Of a DNA stretch of 64,000 nucleotides, positions 54,001-64,000 are shown piece by piece. The translations under genes and the position numbers were made by a program. Origin of the DNA: Lama guanicoe (taxonomy: Eukaryota). How positions within the stretch are numbered: position 1 is the stretch's first letter; each line of letters starts with the position of its first letter. The notes under the pieces were generated by a model. The model was not told where the DNA came from. It searched no databases and saw nothing but the letters and a program-made list of their open reading frames with translations. The stretch is taken from assembly GCA_013239625.1 (NCBI GenBank), contig MU054204.1:743537-807536 (forward strand), written 5' to 3'.

Positions 54001-57000
54001 AAACCTGCACTCCTTGAGATTTATTTTAAAAAACAAAACAAAAGACACTGTGAAGCAACAAGTACCTTCCTACTCATCACCTAACAAAACCAACCAAGAT
54101 CAAGACCCAACCAGGACAGGAGTTTCAAATACTTAAAGCATACAGTAGTGATTACTTTCCGTGATTACTTTCTATTGGATGCTGTTTTGAAAAATATTTG
54201 CTCCCCCACACCTGAATGGGTTCATAAATTCATAATTAAGAATTACTTCACAGCCTTAGACCACACAAAGCCCCCATTACTTTATCATTCTTATGTTCAA
54301 ACACAACTGAAGACTGGCTAGAGAAATTTATACTGTGCTCTGCTCTTCCTGTAAAGGGTTCAGATTCAGCCTCTGGTGCCAAAACGACTCAACTGCTTTA
54401 CAGTTCCATTAGCAAATTCATCGTTTGCCCTGCCAGCTGGCAAATCCAAAGCACCAAAGTCAGTGTCAGACTGTCCACCAGAGGCTATCTGCTCTGTGGA
54501 TGATACCACATCTACTCCACAGCTGGGCTGAGCCACAAGGACTCTGGAGCCAGAAGAGAGGAGAGTGTCTGAACAAACATCCCAATAGAAGTGATCTTGA
54601 AAGCGGCTATTATTTTGCACATTCAACCCCCTGCTTCTGCCAATGGTAAAACTAATCACACCTTAACGATTCTGGCTTCTTTAATTCTTCACATCACAGA
54701 TATGAAGATACAAAATGTAATAGCACTGAGACTTTTACAAATCTATAGACTCTCATCCCTTTTCATGACTGGATATTTACCAGATATATTTTTCCTGGAA
54801 AAACCTGAACTTTCTTGAAGCACTTAGTGGCCTTCTTTTGTAAACCCTTCCTTTATGTCAGGCAATTTTCTTTTCTTAATACCAAAGTCGACTAGTCTCT
54901 AACTCATACTAATTTTTAAATCACAGATTAGTCTTTTGCCATTGAGGTATGTGGCCATTGGAGGCCCCTGACAGACCTCCCTGTATCGGGCTTTGTCGGT
55001 TAAGTATGTCCAACTGTTGAACTGGCAACGGCAGAAAGCACATTTTCTTTTGCTTTCAGACAAGAAACTGCATGTTAAGATGCTGAGCTAGTGGCCTAGC
55101 AGAGACCTCTGGCCACAATTAGCAAACCTTTGAGCCAAACCGTAGGACTGAACAATAACGGATACCATACACTAAAGCTACTTCTAGTTTATGAGTTAAC
55201 AAGGATTCCTGAGAAGCTGAGGTTAGTGAATGAGATTTACCAAGAGTGAGGTATCAAAGGGACATAATTCTCTGGAGGATCAATCGGTGCTTAGCATCTA
55301 GAAAGCATCCCTTGGCACAGTGTTATCTGATTTCTTGAATTTATTCTCTGAAGCAGCACCTTAACACTGGCTCATCTGTCGTAAATCAAAAACAGAGCCG
55401 AGAAGAAAGACAAAGGCAGACTTAGACACCCTCCGGTTGACTGATGCACTCTGAGATGTGACCAAAACTTTCACTGTCATCAAATACCAGAAATACTAAC
55501 ATTTCCTGTTTTGTAGGCTTCAGTTGGACGGCTGATAAGAAAAGATAGGTAGTGAACCAGAAGGATACACATAAGAACTTTTGATTTTACACACTATACG
55601 GGCTGGTCAGGCAAACAGTCTCATCTTGTGTGAGGGAATCAGTGGCACAGAAGAGACAAAAGACGTGAAGTTACTGAGTCTTAACCTAGGGAGATGTTTT
55701 TTTTTTCTCTTTTTCATTAAAATGCTTGAGTAATATAGTTAGAAGGAGACGCTCTGGTGACTGCCTTGATATTTGAAAGATAAAAATCAAAATAAGAACT
55801 GGTTCCCCAGTTCTGGGCAATGAAAGAATTTCAGATTTTGGAAAGATAAGAACCAGGGGTTAAAAAAAAAAAAGCCTAGAATCAGAGATCAGCTACTTTT
55901 AAAATGAGGTATGCTGAGGTGTGTGGAGAGGGGAGGCAGAGGGTGGGAGAGGATACGCCGAGTGACCGCTGATCCTTGGCTGGAAGGATGGTGGGAAACA
56001 CTGGGAACAGACTTATAAAATGGGAACGGCTCAAGTCTTACCCTTTAGCATTTAAGTCTCACTGCTGTGGCCACCAGCCTGGAAAGGGAGGCGTGGCAGC
56101 AGTTACTGGGCTACAGGGCAAAGCAAATGGCTGTGCGTTACCTCTGGTCCATATGCCATACAATTATTGAGATTTGGTTTACACTTTAACTAGCCCTGGG
56201 GGTTAGTTTTTGGAACAGGAATCATTAACCAGACCTCGTGCTCAATCCCCAAGAGAGGACTCAGGACTGAGGCATGGGAAAGGGGGAAGAACAGAGAGGG
56301 GACAATTGCACGTGGGTCAAACGGTAGAAAATGAAACAGTAGTCGGAATGATGGTGGTGGCTCTGTAATTCCACCGGGTGTCCCGAGAGTGTGATGTTTT
56401 TCTCCTGCAGTTAAGATGGTATGGAATTGAGACAGGCACCTTTTCAATTGGATACAAGCACCTTTGGTGTCACCAGGCCTGGTCTACCCACCTCCCCCTG
56501 GGTCTTAGGATGGTTTTGCCTTTTATTGAGAATTCTAAGGAGCCTCCAGGGAGTCCACAGCTGCCTATCCCGTTCCAACGCCTTGAATATATTTGAAAGT
56601 ACCCCAAGTCTAAATTCATGATCACAGGGACAACACTGGCCTGTTAAGATACGTACTTAACACTGGGAGGAGGCATGAGTGCCTGGTTATTTTAGTACTG
56701 GTGGCTGTTATGAAGGAATGCATGAAAATGCAGATACAGCTTGGGATCTTCCCCGGTTCCCCAGTATGCAGTCTAGATTTGGTTCCCTTTACTATTCTTC
56801 CATATTCCAGAAGCCGAAAGCACCATCACTCACGGAGGTGGCATCTGGGTAAGAGGATTAGTTGGGACCTCACAAAGAAGTGAAAATTCCTAGTCATTGA
56901 CTTTGCTTAGCACTTTACTGATTATTCATTTCAAGGAAGCTGGAGAAATCATTCCTTGCTACTCACAAATTCATGGCAAAGCCCTTGTCTATCAGCTAAC

Positions 57001-57770
57001 AAAGGCCATCTGGAAAATTACCCCTTTTGTAGACAAGGATAAAATTCTGTAACTTAATCTTTGTGCACTTCAAAAGAGTACCAGGAACAAGCAAGCTATA
57101 AAAGTCAACCTCTCTAAATTCATTTAGAGGAGATTAACCAAAGCAGCATTGTCTTATAATCAGATATTAAAATTAACATACACATACAAACACATAAACT
57201 AAGACTGCTAAATATTGTAACAGGAACAAGATAACATTTGAACTGAATTCACAGTCTGGAAAATACCATTATTATTTTCCTTGTGGCTTTCCTTTCTATG
57301 GTTGGAAAAGCAAAGCCCCTTAAGTTTACACTTCATCTTCCACCAATGACAGTTAGAGTCCAAAAAAGTGACTTTTTTCATGAGTTTCCTGCAGGCTATA
57401 GGTCAGGACGGTTGGCATTTTTCTTGCATAGTTTTCAGTGATTGCATATTAACTAACAATTATGCTTTAAATTTAAAAAAATCTTTAAAAAACAAAAGGA
57501 AAAGAATTAAACCATAGCAATCTTGTTTACTCTTTCATGAAATCTTCCTAATGCAACATCACAGAGGCCTAACTGAATTTTCTTCTAGAGAGAAGATTAA
57601 GATTTCCAGAGATTATGTAGTGCAACTGGTTAACTTGTAGGAAAGAGACAACACACGAATATAACTTCACCATCCAAATGTGGGACATGTGTTGTGGGTA
57701 CCCAGTTAATAAAATATATCCACGATCTGCAGTGTCCTTCCAGTTCTGTATCCAGTACAACCCTGTGATT
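51045..57770 (-). other. CLCN5: Probable long CLCN5 3' UTR (~6.7 kb)
   Basis: Mostly unique sequence lacking young SINE/L1 insertions, running from the stop to a strong poly(A) site. CLCN5 is known to have a multi-kb 3' UTR. The end point is inferred. Confidence 0.7.
51225..51425 (-). mobile_element. MIR within the probable CLCN5 3' UTR
   Basis: cacaacaaccctgtgaggtagg...ccccattttgcagatgggaacactgaggcacagag. Confidence 0.82.
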
Positions 57771-57861
57771 CTAGTTGAAGAGAATGGAATCAGGATCTTG
57801 GTTCGCCATCTGGGCTATATGCTTTAGCACATCTTTTTTGGTAATGATTCCGAGCAATCGC
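57771..57861 (-). CDS. CLCN5: ClC-5 last coding exon (91 bp coding)
   Basis: Acceptor gttttctag, then [32 protein letters not shown] (stop at 57773-57771). Absent from the ORF track; read manually. Confidence 0.96.
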
Positions 57862-58469
57862 CTAGAAAACAAAACAAGACAACAAAATGAAAATAAGTCT
57901 ACAGTTAAACTAACATTCTTAAAGGTGACACTTGTCCTCCTCAGTCCTTTTCAACTTTGTCTTTGAACAGTAGCTGCACTTACAAAATGAGGCGATAAGA
58001 CTAGGTCACATGCACAAGGCAGATGGCATGACATGTGGGTCCCTGAGTGTGCTCAAAGCATTTCTCTGTTTGCTTACAAGAACATAAGCACTTGTGTGTT
58101 CTCAGTTCCCCTATAACACGGCATACTCCTTGAGGGCAGCGAAGGGTCTCATTCATTTTTGTCTCTCCCTGGAATCTAGTGGAGTACCTTCTTACAAGAA
58201 GGACAGATTCAGAAAATGTTGAATGATTTCGTCAGGGAAAGTCCCCTTATTGAGTTAAATACTGCAAGATATCTGTTACACTCTTCCAAAATTTTAGAGG
58301 GTGAAATTCTTTTATAATTGCTGGATTACAAGACCCTATTCACACAAAAACCCCATCCTTCTCCTCAACCGACTTTCTTTTCCAATAAAAATAGCAGGGC
58401 TTCCTTTACTGGATAAGAAATACCCCAGAGAGAGTGAGCCTTAGCCTTGGAAGTCAGAAGGCTTGTGTG

Positions 58470-58614
58470 TTTTTTTCTTTTTGGGGGGGGGTGGGTAATT
58501 GGGATTATTTCTTTATTTTATTTATTTTTAATTATTTGAATAGAGGTACTGGGGGTTGAACCCAAGACCTTGTGCATGCTAAATAAGAGCTCTGCCACTG
58601 AGCTATACCCTCCC
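58470..58614 (-). mobile_element. Vic-1-type SINE in the last CLCN5 intron
   Basis: TSD agaag(g/a)cttgtgt. Confidence 0.9.
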
Positions 58615-59056
58615 TACTAGAAGACTTGTGTTTAAAGCCTACCTCTAACAGACATTAACTGAGGGTCCTTGTGTAAATCTTCAAACCGCACTGGAACTTG
58701 GTTTTTCATCCTCAAATAATAATGACCAAGGTATTGTAAGGAGCAAATACTAAACATATACTACCTAATACCATTATAACTTCAGTGCCACCTGGGCATA
58801 GGAACTCAGTTGTTTCCTTTGCAGGGGAGGAACTGTTATTTATAATGTGCCACCAGCAGTTCGTATCTCTCAAACATACCATCTTCCCCAAACTCCCTTT
58901 TGCTTAATTATGACAATGAAAAGTAACACATCCATCTTCATCTCTAAAGAGTCTGAAAGTGCAACTAATGTTCATGTGAATTGGGTTCTTCTTTCTTTCT
59001 CTCTCCACGTTCTCCTTTCTCCCCCAATCCAATCTACCTTCACCAAAGAGCTCTCA

Positions 59057-59323
<267 letters not shown>

Positions 59324-59433
59324 TCAATCTTTCTGGCCCCTCACTAGGTCCCCTCTCCCCTCTGTTTCTCCATGTCTTACATATTTATTTATTTCCAGAG
59401 TAGATTCCCTTTTCCCCTTTCTGAAATCCTTAC

Positions 59434-59832
59434 CAATTGAAATAATGAGATCTCTTCGGAGGACAAAACCCACAAGTCTTTGGGACTCCCGGGACACCAC
59501 CACGGGGAAGCCACTGTAAGTGGTTTCACTGATGACGGTCTCTACGTCTTCCACGGTCATACTGTCCTGAGTAAGGACAGTCAACAGAGGATCATTTCTC
59601 CGGGGTTTCATCACATCCATGGCCAGGGTCTTATGAGCAAATTCTTCTTTGGCTTCCAGAAAGGGGTATCCATTGAGATGGATATGGGCATCATAGATGC
59701 CCTCCCGTCCAAGGGCATCTGCCACCCACTTGCTTGTCATGGCCGCAGCCATCAGAGGCACAATGTATTCCAAGCCACCAGTTAGTTCAAACATTATGAC
59801 GACAAGAGAAACGGTCATACGAGTCACCCCGC
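59434..59832 (-). CDS. CLCN5: ClC-5 coding exon (399 bp; exon 10 equivalent; last TM helices and CBS1)
   Basis: [27 protein letters not shown]...[15 protein letters not shown]...[28 protein letters not shown]. Acceptor T-run+ggcag, donor G|gtaagg; phases consistent with neighbours. Confidence 0.97.
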
Positions 59833-60886
59833 CTGCCAAAAAAAAAAAAACAACACAGAAAAACAGATCCAGGCTACTTCCTGAAGGCAGGAAAAGTACA
59901 GGATTCATTAGATTTATGGGCCTGTCACAGGTCCCATCCAGAAAAAGCTTACTTATCACAAACACTGCTAGAAGGAGGCCTCACCTGTAGCTGCACAGAC
60001 TCCAGCCAACTGCATTCAAGCCCAGTTCACAATGGACTTGAGTCAGATTTCTAGAAATCACCTCCTCAAAAGTATAAGCTGCGTCTTCCTTTCTTCTTTT
60101 TTTATTTGTCTATTGCTCCTCCCTCCCCCCACCAATTATAAATAATTGCATAAGATATCTATGATTTATGTGACACTAGAGATAAGAGAGGTTCTCTGGG
60201 ATGCACAGGCCCACTGTGGTAAATTCAGAAAATATTTATCTTTTCAAGTATATAAAAGAAAATTATTATCCATCAGCTCACTGCCTATAAGTATGCAGAG
60301 TAAAAATTTCCAATGCCTTTTTCAAGTTTCTTACTCTGCAAAAATGTGTGTTTTTACCTAGATGAGCTTCTGTTAGATATTTAATTCCCCACCATGCTTT
60401 TTCTCTCAACTTTCTACTGGGAACACTTTGTATGTTAGGACAAATTTCTTTAACATTGTTTTTAAAGACAGTAAACATGTTAGCATCACATTCAGTGGCC
60501 ACTGCACAGTATACAGCATGATATGGATGTACCATAATTTACTAAACAGTCCTTCATTGTGCTTTTCGGTGCTTTCAGGTTGAGTCCAGTTATTTGCTAT
60601 TATAAATAATACCATGATGAACATTCTTGTGCAGATATCTTGGTTCAAATCGCAGATTACTTCCTCAACATGACATAATTTGAGAAAAGAATTGCTCTCA
60701 AACGGGAGGAAGGTAGATAGCTAGACAGTAAAGATGCTTTCTTAAAGCACTTGAAAATGACAAACCGAACAAGAAAGAGATAGTTATTTCTAAAAATCTA
60801 CAGCCAGTTGTGTTTAATATCACTCGTCTTTACTATGTCCCCCACTGGGCAGCAATCTCTTTGAAATCAATGCAAACAGTACTCAC

Positions 60887-61073
60887 CTAAGCAGGCTGCG
60901 GCTCCAACCATCGCATAAAGGCCAGGGGTGATACAATCCGCTCCTTGACTGCACCAGCTATTGAAGATGGCCCAGTCATGGTGGTAATAAGCCAGCTGTT
61001 CCATCCCTACTCCCAAAAGTCGACCTGTGATAGCACCAACAGCCATGCTAGGGATAAAGAGGCCAGAAGGGAT
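60887..61073 (-). CDS. CLCN5: ClC-5 coding exon (187 bp; exon 9 equivalent)
   Basis: [21 protein letters not shown]...[12 protein letters not shown](G), containing the CLC GLFIP motif. Acceptor tttgcag, donor G|gtgagt. Confidence 0.97.
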
Positions 61074-61752
61074 CTGCAAAGAGAAAGCAGAAGACAGTTA
61101 GTGAGAAGGGATAAGGGATGTGATCGATCGCCTGGCATACGGTAAGGGCTGGAGGGCCGACCCTCTGCGAAGCAAACAGGCCAATGAATGTTTAACTATG
61201 CACTATGCTAGCAAGTGGCTGCAAAGATTTGTGTAACACTACAGGGACTAGAGGTTCTCTGGGACGTGCAGGCAAGGACGACTGTGAAGAAGCTTACCCT
61301 GATTCGGGGTCCATCAGGCAAGAGCCTGAACTCTCCAGACCAACACAGAACTGGAGGCAGAAATTAAGCCTTTCCCAAAGAAAAAGGAAAATAGATGGAG
61401 TTTCTCATACAGGCAGACATTTTCCCCAAGTTTGAATTCTTATCAACAATAATTACCCTTTACTGACTATCTACAATGTTCTATGCTGGAGGCTCTATAG
61501 ATGGGATTTCATCAGTTCTTCACAACCACCCCAGGAGGTAGGTGCTATTATTCCCAACTTGCAAAGGACCTGAGATTCAGAGAGGTTAAGGAACTCACCC
61601 AGTGCCAAAACTGAGTAAATCCTGGAGCTGGGGTTTCAACACAATGCTGATAAGCACTCTCTTCTACTGAATCTTGCCCCATTGCTCACGCAAAAAGGAT
61701 GGCACATGAGGTGTCAGTTTAACAGTGTAAAGAAATATTCAATGATAAACAA

Positions 61753-61891
61753 TTTTTAACTTTGTTTTTTTGTTGGGGGGTAATTAGGTTTCTTTGCTTG
61801 TTTATTTATTAATTAATGGAGGTACTGGGGACTGAACCCAGGATCTCATGCATGCTAGGCATGCACTCTACCACTGAGCTATATCCTCCCC
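61753..61891 (-). mobile_element. Vic-1-type SINE (CLCN5 intron)
   Basis: ggaggtactggggactgaacccagg...ctgagctatatcctcccc. Confidence 0.9.
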
Positions 61892-62104
61892 TATAAATGA
61901 TCAAATTTTTTTAAATGAAGTAGTGACTATGGCTGCATGACTATCGTCCAAAGGAACCAATCCTCATCTGTCTCTCCCCTCTTTTTTTTTTTTTGACTCC
62001 AGGATAATCCAAACGGGAGATTATTTTCAAATAGCTTGTATCTGATTCTGGAACACACTTGAATCAGGGTGGGTCTAATGGTCTGCAAATTTACTTTAAT
62101 GATC

Positions 62105-62226
62105 TTTTTGTGGGGAGCGGGCAATTAGGTTTGTTTGTTTGTTTGTTTTAATGGAGGTACTGGGGATTGAACCCAGGACCTCATACATGCTAAGTATGCA
62201 CTCTAACACTGAGCTATACCCTCCCC
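62105..62226 (-). mobile_element. Vic-1-type SINE (CLCN5 intron)
   Basis: Full head; TSD gcaaatt(t/c)acttta. Confidence 0.9.
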
Positions 62227-62673
62227 TCTGGCAAATTCACTTTACATGAAAGAATGAAGCCAGGAGGTGACAAGTAACTCAAGAAGCCCTGCAAAACTGT
62301 CCAGGGTGTGGAGGAGGATGGATATCAATTCAGAGATTACAGTACTGCCTAAACTGAGTTGCAAGCTCTTATTTTCTGGTTTGAATCTCCATTTCAAATC
62401 TCCCTACATAGAGAATGTAGGGAACTACCTTGGTAGTTGAGTGCTAAAGAAAAGAAACAAACCAATAAAAACCAAGGAAGGAGGAGGAAAATACCTGAAC
62501 AGATTTTCCTTTTTGGTTTCTGCTGAAACATGGAAATGACAATGGGTACTGAAAATAAAATATGCTGGCCCAATGTCTGCTTTTGATGATCCTATTATTA
62601 CTTTAGGATCACTTGTGAATTTCTTGATAAGTAGACATTGATAACAACTGTAAAAAATATACATTTTGCTATA

Positions 62674-62748
62674 TATTGGATTGAACCATATGAAATTCCT
62701 ATTTTAGTGGTCAAAATGTTTGACAACTTCATTGGGTTCAACCTAATA
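62674..62748. mobile_element. MADE2-like mariner MITE
   Basis: Inverted ends tattggattgaaccatatgaaatt / aacttcattgggttcaacctaata with TA termini; ~75 bp. Confidence 0.8.
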
Positions 62749-62820
62749 CTTCACTTTATTGGTAAACTCTAAAGCTACCTTATAAGAACCAAAAAAAAAA
62801 AGGTGCTGGTCAGACACTGT

Positions 62821-63049
62821 GTTTTGTTTTATTTGTTTGTTTGTTGTTTTGAAGTATAGTCAGTTTACAATACTGTGTCAACTACTGGTATGCAGCATAT
62901 AGTTTCAGTCATACGTATACATACAAGTATTCCTTTTCATATTCTTTTTCATTATAGGTTACTACAAGATATTGAATATAGTTCCCTGTTTGAACAAACT
63001 AACTACTCTATATAAAATAAACAACAGGTTTCTAGTGTATAGCACAGGG
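62821..63049 (-). mobile_element. 5'-inverted short L1 insertion (CLCN5 intron)
   Basis: Minus-strand L1 3' end followed by the adjacent upstream L1 segment on the plus strand; TSD ggtcaga(c/t)a(c/t)tgt. Confidence 0.85.
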
Positions 63050-63329
63050 TCAGATATTGTTTTGATTGAAAATGCACTGAAATAAATACCTCACCATCCT
63101 TTTTGAGTGACAAATATGTTTTCCAAGGAAAAGGGAAAAACATTGCTACTTAAAAATCTCATCACTGAGGTTGGTATTTGGCCTAAAACTAGGCTTGGGC
63201 AATTTTAGATAGATGTACAATCATCTAAGAAGTTATGAGAACACATGGGGGTAAAAAGGGCTTTGAGGGGAGTGAGGGATAATGTTAGGTGATGTTGGAA
63301 GCGCCACACGAGCTACGAGAATTGTATTA

Positions 63330-63998
<669 letters not shown>

Positions 63999-64000
63999 AT

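Noticed and set aside
54148..54172. Tandem duplication GTGATTACTTTC x2 (similar short duplications near 6687, 16831, 35646, 44226)
   Set aside because: Ordinary slippage duplications with no array or spacer structure.
57112..57129. Small hairpin ctctaaa-ttca-tttagag in the 3' UTR
   Set aside because: A 7-bp stem is expected by chance in 64 kb.
59833..59965. Open frame upstream of the CLCN5 399-bp exon
   Set aside because: Low-complexity polypyrimidine intron sequence; the canonical acceptor at 59833-59834 gives the expected phase.

Overview
Mammalian genomic DNA containing the convergent 3' ends of two genes known to be X-linked neighbours. AKAP4 is on the + strand: the end of the large penultimate exon (<1-1823), the last coding exon (2380-2535) and poly(A) signals near 2718. 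CLCN5 is on the - strand: its last five coding exons (63938-63396, 61073-60887, 59832-59434, 59274-59058, 57861-57771) and a probable ~6.7 kb 3' UTR ending near 51045. The ~48 kb between them is repeat-rich. It holds tRNA-Ala-derived SINEs matching the camelid Vic-1 type (about 19 copies in the window, so the source is probably a camel, alpaca or llama), many L1 3' fragments, MIR/L2, MaLR/ERV LTRs and DNA transposon fossils, including a ~2.5 kb decayed hAT (Blackjack-like) element with recognisable transposase motifs. Nearly all other ORFs in the track are spurious. I found no support for a novel biological system. The findings are modest: retrotransposition and repair scars, candidate regulatory motifs and lineage-specific amino-acid changes. 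Repeat family names and human comparisons are from memory, not from a database search.
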